A DNA stretch of 33,883 bases from Parasitella parasitica NRRL 2501 (taxonomy: Eukaryota; Fungi; Mucoromycota), in contig MU619382.1 of the NCBI GenBank assembly GCA_025201805.1, positions 47,311-81,193 on the forward strand, in the 5' to 3' direction. Under the pieces are notes generated by a model. That model saw only the letters and a program-made list of their open reading frames with translations, did no database searches and was not told the DNA's origin. This document shows, in pieces, positions 11,736-23,618 of the stretch; the stretch's first letter is position 1, and every line of letters begins with the position of its first letter. The position numbers and the translations under genes were made by a program.

Positions 11736-12205
11736 NNNNNNNNNNNNNNNNNNNNNNNNNNNNNNNNNNNNNNNNNNNNNNNNNNNNNNNNNNNNNNNNN
11801 NNNNNNNNNNNNNNNNNNNNNNNNNNNNNNNNNNNNNNNNNNNNNNNNNNNNNNNNNNNNNNNNNNNNNNNNNNNNNNNNNNNNNNNNNNNNNNNNNNNN
11901 NNNNNNNNNNNNNNNNNNNNNNNNNNNNNNNNNNNNNNNNNNNNNNNNNNNNNNNNNNNNNNNNNNNNNNNNNNNNNNNNNNNNNNNNNNNNNNNNNNNN
12001 NNNNNNNNNNNNNNNNNNNNNNNNNNNNNNNNNNNNNNNNNNNNNNNNNNNNNNNNNNNNNNNNNNNNNNNNNNNNNNNNNNNNNNNNNNNNNNNNNNNN
12101 NNNNNNNNNNNNNNNNNNNNNNNNNNNNNNNNNNNNNNNNNNNNNNNNNNNNNNNNNNNNNNNNNNNNNNNNNNNNNNNNNNNNNNNNNNNNNNNNNNNN
12201 NNNNN
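11736..12205. other. Assembly gap (470 N)
   Basis: Run of N. A second, short gap lies at 9645-9659. Confidence 1.
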
Positions 12206-12794
12206 TGTGGAAACGAAACGAAATGTCTCGAAGCGTAGAAATGACTAAATTGTTGCATCCCAGTCACTCACTACCGTTTCACTAGTCCAAGAGGTAGATT
12301 CAAAGCTGCTGATCTATAGTCAATCTATTGTAACAGATACATTATGGCACATATCTATATCCTTGGCCAATTTTTTCAGTTAGACACCACAAGATTCCTA
12401 TGCGCCTATTAGCATAGCATTATATTCCCAAGTGTCAAGCTGCATACAAATTGCCAGCATTGTAGACTTCTAAGCAGCTCTTTTAAAAGCAGCCAGTAGC
12501 TGAATTCTGGTTATCTATTGATTCAAATGGGGTTAGCTGGAACTGGCTAGTATGTTGACAACTAAATTTATGGCAGGGACTATGTAAGCATCATTTATAT
12601 ACATCCTGATCTGGATACCCTTAAATTTGTCCATATAACAAGCGATTATCTATTGGTTTCAAATTATAATGGTGAAATCAACATGTGTACTCTTTGTATT
12701 CTTTGTGCGCACATTTCAATAATGAGCATGTAGCCTATATAAGTACATATAAGATGCTCACATTGACTGATTGACGTTTTTTTTTTTTTATCAA

Positions 12795-13538
12795 ATGGGT
12801 TTATCGAGTTTGCGTATACAAACATTTCGTGCCTGTTGTTGCTCTGTTATCGTAATCTGTTTATTATACACTTTGGTTTATAATATCCTGTTTTTCGATG
12901 ATTGCGTGTCTGATTTCCACAGCCGTTCAAAGTTTGGCCATGTACCAATAAAGTTTTGTAAGTACCTGACAACAACAAGACAATGCTCAACATCAATTAA
13001 CATGTACACTGGACAGTTGGCAAAAATTGCAAGTTTCAGAGCCACTCTTTTTCATCAGTCAACAATTCCTTAGCTGTATTAAACGGCAGTAATAACAATA
13101 TAGATGCAGCAGTTTATTTCAGTATCCACACTATGAACTGTAAGCAAATCACCATATCTGTGCGTATGTGTATCTCACATAAACTTTGTAGTGGAAAACT
13201 GCAAAATCAAAAAAGTGTTGTTTCATCGTTTCAATGAATTAAAGGACAACTTGGACTCTGGTCGTCCCGAGGTAGAACACAAACTTATTAAGCGGCAATT
13301 CGACATTATGACAAGCAGCGAAGATGATGCTTTCAGACTACTTCGCGCTACAGTTCTCTGGGCTTTTCTTAGATATATAATACCTAGTGATTTAATCGTC
13401 GAAGCGAGCAATGTTCCTAGAATGCTGTATATTTTTTTTGGATACTTGATAGATTATCGTGGAAATTATGCTTTGGCAGCTAATGCAATGACAGTGCATG
13501 CCATTATCCGAGTGTTACGAGCGCTGCAAGTTTTTTAG
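12795..13538 (+). CDS. Hypothetical 3-exon protein (~210 aa) with an N-terminal hydrophobic segment
   Basis: Exons 12795-12957, 13017-13139, 13192-13538 are joined by two phase-1 introns (GTAAGT..CAG, 59 nt; GTAAGC..TAG, 52 nt) into one open frame. TATA-like TATATAAG at ~12736. No family recognised. Confidence 0.6.
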
Positions 13539-14327
13539 ATGACCATACACGCAACTACTATATTCAATAATTAAGCGATACTTGTTCAACACCATCAACA
13601 TGTCTTGTGAAAAAAACCAGGGCGGCTAGAATAAGATGTGTACTATATTTAAATCCAACGTGGAAATGATCCGCTACCGCTATTATTAATGTCCAGTTTG
13701 AAGGTTAATAAAGCTAACGCTTTGTCTAATTGCTGAATGGGCATTTTCTTATCAGTATAAGCTTTGCGTTGTAAAATTATTATTTACTTGTTCAAGACAG
13801 TAAACGGAACATTTTACCAGCTAAAAGGTTTTCACCAATAATGAGGCTCAACATTACAAAACCCAATTGACTTGGAGCATATGCCAAAAATATCTACCAC
13901 TTCTAAAATGCTGCATTGACAGATGCATTTGTTTTGCTAACCTCATACTCAGAAGAAAAAAAAAAAAAAGAGATTCTAGACTTCTAGTCGTCCTCTTCAG
14001 AAGAGAAAGTGTAATGCAATCAAGCGATCCTAGTGAATGATATTTTCTATTGGTCTTCTAATCGACTATTGCAAGTATATTTTGCCATGCTATTCTGGCG
14101 ATCTTTAAAGCTCTTAGCCCAGTGAACTATTCGCAATGAGGTCATTTCCCCCCGGGCATGAGAGTCAATTCCGCGAGTTGAATACAATATCTTGACACTC
14201 TAAAAAAAAGTCTTCGAGGCCTCTAACAATGACGTTAGTATGAGGTTATGGCCAGTCTCTATGATTATAAATAGAGATCAGATTTGGCAATGTCTTTTCA
14301 TGTGCATTGTCTAAATAATTAAGAAAA

Positions 14328-14708
14328 ATGTACGCTAAAACTGCCGCAACTGAAGTAACCAAAGCTTACCGGTCCACTTACGTTACCACATTGTTGTCCA
14401 CCTCTGTCACAAACTCAACTACCACAAGAGCAATGTCTGCTTTTTCACACATGTCTGATAACGATCCCGAGGTTCTGGAGAAAGAAAAGCAAAAAGAATT
14501 GAAAAAGAGAGACAAGGAATGGAACGAAAAACTGGCATCTCATAGCGAGGCAGCTGTAAGACTTTCTGTTTGAATGAATATACGTACATTGCATATTTAC
14601 AGACTTGTCATTTAGGTAAAGGCTGATAAAGAGCACGATAAACCATTTCAGCATTTGCAAAACGAAACCATCGACTACCTTGACAAGAAGGAGAAGGAAG
14701 ATAAATAA
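14328..14708 (+). CDS. Small conserved fungal protein, likely mitochondrial (WNEKLASxSEAxVKAD motif); exons 14328-14555, 14616-14708
   Basis: S/T/R/K-rich presequence-like N-terminus, then SDNDPEVLEKEK..EWNEKLASHSEAAVKADK..LQNET. Intron GTAAGA..TTTAG, phase 0. Confidence 0.75.
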
Positions 14709-15132
14709 CTTGTAAACATAAATGTGAATAAAAAATGAAGAGGGCTAGAATATTTATAAAGCACTCTTGATAATCGATTGCGATAATGTATGCTTGCGGG
14801 GCTGCTTGATCGAAATGTGTGTTTATATGACGGCCAACAAAGTATATAGGCACAGGCTTTGTTTGGGTTAATAAAAATACAATTTGTATCGTGATATATA
14901 TTATATATATAAATATATATATTGCTGTTTCTATCACTAACTGTGCCGTATAGCATAGTAGAAGACTAGACAACTGTTTTAGAAACGTCTTTTACTTTGC
15001 AACTGTGAGAAGACCAAGACCATCTGTCATGATGATCGTGACGTTACCTGAAGGGGTCCCTTTCTGGACAAAAGGGAGTCAAACTGCATTTGCAAGTTGA
15101 AAAATCTTTCTTTACCACCAAGAAAACAAGCC

Positions 15133-15857
15133 ATGAAATCTTCCACTATTGCATTGATTGCTACCGGTGTAATTGCCTCTGCCGGCCTCGGTTATTTAGT
15201 CTACTTTGACTCTATGAGACGTAACAATCCTGAATTCAGAAAACAATTGAGTAAGAAAAAGGAAGAAAGAAAAAAAAAAAAAAAAGACATGGGTGTTAAT
15301 GTAGACTAAAACATAAATCTCATCTACCCATCAAATTCAGGACGTGAGCGCAAAAATGCAGCAAAGGCATCCCAGAACGCCGAAAAGAACGAAAAGGAAT
15401 CCAGACTACAGTTAATTGAAAACGTTATTGTTGAATGCTCAAAGGAAGAATTGCCTACTTCTGCTGAGGCAAAGGAAAAGTACTTCATGGAGCAAGTTGC
15501 TGCTGGTGAAGCTTTATGTGGAAAAGGTATGGGATTTACTGCAGTGACATGACACGGATTTTGTTCTTATGCTGTGTGGTTTAGGTCCTGCTTACTATGA
15601 CGAGGCTGTTTTACCCTTCTACAAGGCACTCAAGGTGTACCCTGCCCCCATGGAATTGGTCATGATATACCAAAAGACGATCCCTGAGCCTGTATTCAGC
15701 ACCATCACCACTATTCTAGCCATTGAGGTAAGTCGTTTGCTGGATAACAGATGACATGCAAACTAAAAAGCTATGACAGCAAAAGGCAATGGAAGGGCAG
15801 CAAGCAGAGACTCCTGAAGCAGCAGCAGCCTCTGCTACTGGCGTTGATATCGAGTAG
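15133..15857 (+). CDS. TOM20: Mitochondrial import receptor Tom20 (canonical short form)
   Basis: N-terminal TM followed by GYLVYFDSMRRNNPEFRKQL; KEKYFMEQVAAGEAL; FYKALKVYPAPMELVMIYQKTIPEPVF. Exons 15133-15250, 15341-15526, 15585-15727, 15780-15857. Confidence 0.95.
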
Positions 15858-16049
15858 GCACTTTGGTAGACTGATTGTACTTTTATTATGAATAATTTTA
15901 GATATATATTTGTGTATGTGCACGGAAATCAATTGAAGGTTCTCTGATTGCAGTCTCCATGTGATACCAACAGAGATGCTCAAGTAAAAGCAGTGACGAT
16001 ATTAGCATTATTTCTGTTTCTCTTTCTTTTCTTGTTTCATGAATTTTCA

Positions 16050-16878
16050 ATGGCACATTTCGATAAAGCAGAATCTATTGCGACAAACACACTATTGATC
16101 CCTGATGTGCCAGCCAACTTTTTTGGCTGCGATGATGCGATGTTGATACTGCATGACGCATTTGCATCGTTTGGCTCTATATATACCTTTGTCCCTATGA
16201 AGGGATTTCGAAGAGTGATGGTCATTTTCCAAGAGACTGCGCATGCCATGAATGCAAAGAAATCACTAGATAAGCATTCCATCGTGTACGGAGAAAGAGA
16301 GCCATTTCCTGAGATTGTTACTTTTGCAAAGATAGATGTAAATGGTGTGCAAGTGTGGAGAGATGCTGGCAAGGTAGTGCTGCAATTGCGAGTGTACTAC
16401 GGACAGGTAAAGTTTTTATTACTTGCCCAAGTTGAAAACTTACACATTCAGCCGGCAGCATTTTGCCATAAACGTAGACCCAAAATCCAACTCTTTACAA
16501 GTTCCACAGTTTCAGCGAAATCTGCTTATTTCCCCACCAGGCTCGCCATTTGACGGGTGGGAGCAAATCGAAGAAGATGCGCCTAATCAAGCCGTATTAG
16601 CCTCGGACTTGATTCATGCTGCCGAGATATCAGATTACGAATTGGACGATGATGAGCTGGAACTCGAGGCTATTCACAAGGAGAAGATGGAGATAAAAAA
16701 GCAACAGAAAGCTATATCAATTGTTTGCTCAAAAGGATTTGAACAGCCAGAGCATTTACCATCCATCACGGTGCAAGATTGGGACGGACACGTTACACTG
16801 GAAAGTAAAGACAGCACAACGAAAAAGAAGACTGTGAACGACATTGTGCCAACAGCAATGCCACCACGAAAAATTTAG
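16050..16878 (+). CDS. RCN1: Calcipressin / regulator of calcineurin (RCAN family); exons 16050-16406, 16459-16878
   Basis: N-terminal RRM-like TNTLLI..MKGFRRVMVIF..LRVYYG; LLISPPGSPFDGWE (FLISPP signature); PSITVQ (PxIxIT-like); C-terminal PTAMPP. Confidence 0.92.
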
Positions 16879-16948
16879 GTTGTTATTTTGTTTCGAGAAA
16901 CTGGATTTTAGTTTAAAAAAAAGATGCATGAATAGTAAAATAAACAGT

Positions 16949-18742
16949 CTATGATTTGATACAACTTCCAGGAATTGGGTCTTCTCTTTCAACTGGAGTA
17001 GCAGGAGGGGTTGAAGCTTGGGCCACGGAAGCAATAATGGGCATAGCAGCTGCAGCTGTGCTGGAGGCAGTATTACGGTTATGGGCCATGTGGGCTTTGA
17101 CTAAATGACCAGCAGCCAAAGCAGCACAAAGGGAGAGTTCACCAGCCATGACAGCAGCGCAAATAATGCGGGCAAGACGACGAGCATTGGCCCCAGGCTC
17201 AGTGGGATGAGGACCACGAACACCCAGGAAATCTAGCATGGCTTGCTGAGGAGGTAGGATAGTGCCGCCGCCAATTGTACCTACTTCGATGCAAGGCATA
17301 GTACACGAAATGTTCAAGTCCTTTTCATTATTGACCGCCTTCATCAACGTAATGCAGTTGGAGCTTTCGACATTTTGCGCTGGATCTTGTCCTGTAGCAA
17401 GATAGACGGCGGTCAGGATATTAGCCGCATGAGCATTGAATCCACCAACAGATCCAGCCATGGCAGAACCGACCAAATTTTTCGAGATGTTAAGCTCCAC
17501 CAAGGCAGAAACGGATGTTTTAAGCACTTTCTCGACAACAGAGCCAGGGATAACCGCTTCTGCTACGACAGACTTGCCACGACCTTCAATCCAGTTGATA
17601 GCAGCAGGTTTTTTATCAGTGCAGTAATTGCCAGATAGAGAGATAATTTGCATTTCAGGATATCTTTCGGCAATCTTGGACAATGCCTTTTCGCAACCTT
17701 TTGAAATCATGTTCATGCCCATAGCGTCACCTGTGGTTGTAGAGAAACGAATGTACATCAAACAGCCAGCAAGAGCAACCTTCATTTTACGAACACGGGC
17801 AAAGCGAGATGTGGAATTAAACGCCTCAGTTACTACCTTTTCTCCCTCCTGTTCAATCCAACGTTTGCAATCTGCTGCACGAAGAATATTGGGAAACTCA
17901 ACACAGGGTCCACGAGTCATACCGTCTGCAATAACAATGGTTGTAGCTCCACCTCCAGCATTGATGGCTTTACAGCCTCTAGCTGCTGAAGCAACTAGGC
18001 AACCTTCTGTAGTAGCCATGGGAATATGAATAAGATCACCGTCAATATTCAGTGGGCCTAGACAGGTGAGTGACAGGATGTGTTTGTCAGTATACCTTCC
18101 CATGTTTATCTGTTTATGTTTGTGCTTACCTGCTACACCTACTGGAATAGGCATGTAGCCAATCACGTTTTCACAACATGCACCCATTACCTTATCATAA
18201 TGATAATTCTTGACAGGAAGTAGGCTACCTTCCAGCGATTTTGTAATAGAATCACGCGAAACCAAAGCCCTACGGATATGCACAGCGCGTTCGAAATCGC
18301 CAAGTACCTTTTCAAGAGCGTAGGCAGCCATCTTTCCACTTTGAACAACAGAGATGATCTCTTCGTCTGTCAGTACTTCAGGAGTGCCGATTAAGCTGAA
18401 AACTTCATCTAAAGGACGCACAATATCAGAGTGGCGGTGATGGTTCTGCTGTTGTTGTTGTTGTTGTTGCTGGTGATGGTGATGGTGATGGGTTTTCTTG
18501 TTAATCTTGGCAATGGGAGGAGACGAGATCCTTCTTTCCTTTTTCGCTGGTTCTTGCACAGGCACTTGGACCTTTTCAATAACTTTTTGTACAACTATTT
18601 TTGGCTGTTGTTTGGCAACGTTGAATAGATAGGTATTTAGGAACAGAGAAATAACGAGCGCAATAGTCAGCCATTTGGATATAACGGGATGTTGAGTATA
18701 GACAGTATAGATATCGAATAAACTCTCGAAAGGCTTCATCAT
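16949..18742 (-). CDS. HMG1: HMG-CoA reductase (class I): catalytic domain plus one TM helix; intron 18129-18058; 5' end uncertain
   Basis: [106 protein letters not shown]. Confidence 0.95.
   Translation of the reverse strand: MMKPFESLFDIYTVYTQHPVISKWLTIALVISLFLNTYLFNVAKQQPKIVVQKVIEKVQVPVQEPAKKERRISSPPIAKINKKTHHHHHHQQQQQQQQQNHHRHSDIVRPLDEVFSLIGTPEVLTDEEIISVVQSGKMAAYALEKVLGDFERAVHIRRALVSRDSITKSLEGSLLPVKNYHYDKVMGACCENVIGYMPIPVGVAGKHKHKQINMGRYTDKHILSLTCLGPLNIDGDLIHIPMATTEGCLVASAARGCKAINAGGGATTIVIADGMTRGPCVEFPNILRAADCKRWIEQEGEKVVTEAFNSTSRFARVRKMKVALAGCLMYIRFSTTTGDAMGMNMISKGCEKALSKIAERYPEMQIISLSGNYCTDKKPAAINWIEGRGKSVVAEAVIPGSVVEKVLKTSVSALVELNISKNLVGSAMAGSVGGFNAHAANILTAVYLATGQDPAQNVESSNCITLMKAVNNEKDLNISCTMPCIEVGTIGGGTILPPQQAMLDFLGVRGPHPTEPGANARRLARIICAAVMAGELSLCAALAAGHLVKAHMAHNRNTASSTAAAAMPIIASVAQASTPPATPVEREDPIPGSCIKS
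18431..18490 (-). repeat. CAC/CAT and CAA/CAG trinucleotide tract encoding H6-Q9 in the HMGR linker
   Basis: [21 protein letters not shown]. Confidence 0.9.
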
Positions 18743-20160
18743 AATATAACAATAAAGAGGTTGTGATAAGGGAGGAGTAGCAGTTGTAGTCGTAGTAGTA
18801 GTAGTCGCTGGTATTACAACATAGAGATATAATGCGATGGAAATATGATTTTAAGTTCTGTATCAACTACAACAGTGCAGCTACAGAAATGCAAAATACA
18901 GTTTGGTTGTTTAGTAGAGTGAATGAAAGAGTTTACAACCTAAAAAGATATGCATTCCTAATATAAAACCAATGATTCACCAATAAAGCCAAAATCTGTT
19001 ATTGGTGCGCTTAGTAAACTATGAATAACTGTAATCAGCTACAAAGAAAAATTTTCTTGATTTATAGATGCAATTCAAGCATTTTAACAAAAAAAAAAAA
19101 AAGAAAAAAAAAAGTATTTACCAAGAAGCTTACGTGCAATATGCTTGTTTTTTTCCTATCGACATCGACGATCTTTTACAGCCTGGCTTCATCTTTTACA
19201 CCCATCGAAGCAACTCGATGAGAATAGATGTTACATAATACCTGAACTTGATGTAACACAGGATCAGCCATCACCGGTTTTGAAGACGATATTTCATGTT
19301 CCTCTTGTATTGCCGAAAAAGATATATAAATATATTTACATCATGTATACAAGTCTAGACAGCGAATACACCTGTTAGTCAAGATTATATTTTAGAACTC
19401 TATGATCAAGTATACTTACAACACAAGCTAGAATCACCAAATCAAAAACAAGACATCTATCAAATGTTGAAAAATGGAAGCAGTAAAGATGGAACATGGC
19501 CAATCAAACATTTTGATTTATAGAACTTCCATTATTGTGGTCTTTTTCATTGCAAGTAACGAGACGACATTAATAGATGCAGAAGTGCTGTTTAAATTGG
19601 AGAGTGAAGTGTCAACAGAATTTTGCCACAAGCTGTAACTTTGATTGGAAATATAACATTTGCCTAACACGATCTTCAGATAGGTGACCATAACATCATT
19701 TCTGGCAATCTTCAGCTTTCTGCCACTCTGGCGAAACATTAACGCTCATGTGGGTTTGGTTAGTGAATGAAAGCAGCTACTGTGCTTCCACTCTCAATTT
19801 ACCGACTTTTTGAAAACACCAACCACTTTTTTGAGAAAAATTGCGCACTTGTGCGAGGCTACATTGCCCAGAAAAAGGAAATAAGTTGACCAACTTTTTG
19901 AATTTTTATAATCATAACTATTGTTCACAAAAATGAACGTCTTTCATGAAAACGGAAAACATCTCTTATAGAAAACACGAAAATGCATAATAGTAGAGAG
20001 GATTGGGCATTTTTCTTTCACTTCACATTCGGAAGTAATAAAACGACGTATACCTTTGCGATTTTCACTGTATTGGTTTTTCCCAAACAACTCGCGCTTC
20101 TGATTTTTTTGTTTTGCACATTGAATTTTTTAGTTTGCGTATGAAAAAACACATAATTTA

Positions 20161-20784
20161 CTAAAGCATTGGCTCAAGGGCCAAACACCTATCAAAAAAT
20201 GAAGCAGAATGCTTAGTCCAGTCCACAGTTGCCCGTTCTACTGACTCAATAACTCTAGCGCTCAAATTATCTGTTGCAGTGAGACAGTCTTCTCTCTTTA
20301 CGCTAGCTTTGACTTTCGACCAACAAAGTTTAATTGGATTTACGAAAGGTGAGTAAGGAGACAAGTAAACAGCTTTGTATCCACGAATTTTAATGAGTTC
20401 TTGGACAGCAGGGACCTTGTGTATAACGGCGTTATCTAAAATAAGATAGCGACCAAACATTCCATGCTTGTTAAGTGTATCCATAACGTTACTGATAAAT
20501 TGCATGAAGTGCTCGCTTTGCGTACCAATTCTTGCATTTACCTCCGGTACTTCAGCTGCTCCACCATCATCTCTCTTTCTCTTTTTATTAGAAGCGCTTT
20601 TCTTCTGAACAGCCTTTGGCTTGCGCAAGTTGAAGTCAATTACTCCTTTCTCACATATCGCCCCAATTATAGTGAAGATAATTCCTCTGTTTGAAGGAGG
20701 CACAATTTTAGCTGGTAATATCTTTTTGGTACCTAGCAAACGCTTCACTTCATCATCTTTATAAGTGCTGCTTTATTTACGCAT
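20161..20784 (-). pseudogene. Internally deleted Tc1/IS630 DDE transposase remnant 1
   Basis: YLILDNAVIH...RGYKAVYLSPYSPFVNPIKLCWSKVK. The third catalytic E of NPIE reads K. The region with the first Asp and most of the DNA-binding domain is absent, and there is a stop just after the apparent start (MRK*SSTYKDD). Confidence 0.85.
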
Positions 20785-21335
20785 AAAATTATTTAAATGT
20801 TTTTTTTTTTTAATTTTTTACTGCTCCTATTCGAAGTCTCTGAGTTGGTGCTGGCCTCAGACACAAGAACCTTTGTAAATTACACGGGTAAAAAAGGTAT
20901 GAAAAAGGTATGAAAAAAGGGTTTATTGTGAGCCAATGGTGTTTATTATATGAGTTTGTAAATTATGCATCTATACAAAGGGGTCTTATGAAAGTCCAAA
21001 GTAACATATAGATTGATAATGGATAAGTCATAGAGAGTGATAAAATGGAACTCCATTTAATTACACTCATTAAGTGTCAACAGTCTCCAATATTTAATGA
21101 GATGTGTAAGGGATCCTCTTCGTCATCACTGGCTTCATATGGCGAGGAAGTTGATCGGTCGTTGGTAATCGTGTTGAACCAATGATCCCCAGAAAAGGTC
21201 CAACCGTTTTCATCGAACACACAGTCTTTGTACGTAGGATTCAGGCCTTGTTTTTTCTCGTGCGATAAACTTTACAATTTATTCATGATTGATGACGGAT
21301 GTAATGTCTGAGATCCTCCGTAGTTATCGACCTAT

Positions 21336-22481
21336 TCAAGCTCCGGCTATGGCACAGCCAAACAGGTAAGTAGGTAAAGCAGGTTTTGTGTTTGAAGGAG
21401 GGGTATAGTAAGAGTCACGAATCCAATAGATACGTGGATCAAGGTTCTTTTCATCATTATTGGCTCTTCCAAGAGCTGTTTCCACAGAGTGTTTGGTAGC
21501 CAGAGACTCTTCAATGGTATCGGCAATACAGTACATAGACTTTCTGAATGTTAACAGATTACTCAAGACATCAGTATAATTATCCAAATCAGCAATCGTA
21601 GAGGGAAGAGCAAACTGAAAATTGGGAACCTTTAAGTATAGACCATCAGCATCCAAGTGAATACCACTAAAGAAACAAGAAGAGCCACCAATTTGAACAG
21701 ACCAGCCCATACTAACATTTGATTTGTTTCGAGGAATTATTGAAATAAGGTTGTCCAGTATGTCCTTTGATTCTCTGTTTAGTTTTCCTTCATCATCTAT
21801 GATTTTATTGTCTCCATCGTGGCTTGCAATTTCACCAGCGCATATATCAATGTCGCGATTGTTATGTCTAAATAGCAGCCTAAGATCAATTTTGAAGCCT
21901 ATTATTTTAGATGTACTGGGCAAATGTGCATAAAGTTGAGATTTGTTTTCAGCAGATTTATAATGTAGTTTCCCCACTAATAACAAACCAGTGTTAGTCA
22001 TTTATGTCTACAAGTCATTTACTATTACTCACGTTTTAATCTTGATGTTTCCAGAGGCGGGGAAGAGATACTCAAAGAAATTGGACCATACTACACGTAA
22101 ATAATCATTTTCGGAGAAAGCAGGAGGATCAACTTTAATCAACATAGTGGGATGCATCTGTATGAGGTTTAGCCTAACACCAATTAAATCAATATACTGA
22201 TTAAATTATTAAAGTATCCTATTATCAGAGACTTACATATGTTCACATAATTTCAAACAGAAGAAATGTTGTTTTTTAAGGTGTTTTGGGAATATTTGGT
22301 AAAGATACTTCAATCCAAAACCAATGTCTCTTGTATTTGTAATGCTCTAAAAAAAGGAACGAGTTATTTTGCGTTCTATTTAGCTGCTGTTACTGTTTAC
22401 TTACATTTGTCACAATTTTCCAAGTAGAAAGGATCAGACCATAAACGGGAATCAAGGTAATATCATATTTTTTAGTATAAA
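21336..22481 (-). pseudogene. Multi-exon PD-(D/E)xK nuclease-like gene of a Mucorales-expanded family; frameshifted and Helitron-interrupted
   Basis: FSENDYLRVVWSNFFEYLF..IKIKTGETTL*, then a frameshift at ~21960, then GFKIDLRLL..DIDICAGEIA..DEGKLNRESKDILD. Introns have GT..AG ends. The Helitron 3' end abuts at 22482. Confidence 0.65.
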
Positions 22482-23618
22482 CTAGCTGACCTGCTCGCTT
22501 CGCTCTCGACGGCCATCGTCGCCCTACCGGGAGCTCAATCTTTTGATAAGTGCTAATCAGATATTCAATGCTCTTTTATTGTTGTTTATCTATAACTTAA
22601 AATATATTGTTAAACAGAAATAAAAATATAGATGTAGTAACGCACAATAGGAAAAAAACGTAAAAATCAGTAGAGTTATTTGAATACTTCATGGAATACA
22701 ATATTATCGGTGTATGATCCAGTATAGTTTTTGGTAGTTGAGGTATTTCTATGCAGAAGAATTTTGATTGAAGATAGCTGCTTAATGCGCGAGAAAGCAA
22801 CATATAAATGACCATGTGAGAAAAAGAACAAGAAAGTCGAGTGTTGAGCCTTGATGGTCATGGTGAATACCGGTCTAACAGAAAATTAGCAATCAACTCA
22901 GGACAGGACAAAGAGAAATCGGGGTTTGCACTGGTGCCTCCATTTTTCTCTATGTCCACATGCGTGCTTGACAATGGCGACAGATGCTGTTCCTTCCACC
23001 AAGATCATGGCGTTTGGTGAAACAGGGTGTACTTCTTCTAGCCATGTTATGAGTATTGTTGTGTATTAATTTGGCACCCAATCTACTGATAGATCGCAAA
23101 TGACTTTCTTGTCCACAGCCTGAACAAATACGACTGCTGGTTGTTGCATCATTAACGCTGATTGTTTCTGTTTGCTGATCTACTTTCATAGTTTCAGATT
23201 GAGATCCCAGTTTATATAAAGAGCTCGATTATGATTGTAAAGTGAAAACAAATTTGAGTCATACGATTAACAATGTTGTTAGCGCAATGACGATAAGAAG
23301 ATCGATGATGGCCTATAACACCACAGCTCCCGCAAGTGTTAGTATTAGCACGGGTATTATTGAGGCAAAGCCTGCTTGCAGAACGCGAATGGCCTTCTTG
23401 ACCACAGCTTGAGCAGATTCTAATAGCAGGCACTTTGTGTTTGTAATAATAAAAAATGTCAACATACTTGTATTAAATAAAACAGAGTGTGCAGCTTAAA
23501 AAGTCGCCTTTGCTGGTTAGACCATGTCCAATTTCGAAAGATTCAAGATTTTTCGCCCGAATTTCGACATTATTCACTTTGTTTAGAGAGTTTTTTAATT
23601 TTAAATTAATGTACATGA
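22482..23618 (-). mobile_element. Non-autonomous, internally deleted Helitron
   Basis: 3' end ...CTAG|T at 22482, preceded by a GC-rich hairpin-like segment (22486-22536). Pif1 helicase C-terminal remnant PVFTMTIKAQ..FSHGHLYVAFSRI..YTDNIVFHEVF. N-terminal zinc-knuckle-like CxxCGxxGH.R...C repeats and RHDLGGRNSICRHCQARMW. Tentative 5' end A|TCATGTACATTAAT at 23618. Confidence 0.85.

Noticed and set aside
11599-12267. ORFs spanning the N run
   Set aside because: Artefacts of the assembly gap.
19518-19739. 73-aa ORF as the first exon of HMGR
   Set aside because: No resemblance to HMGR N-termini and no convincing in-frame splice path found.
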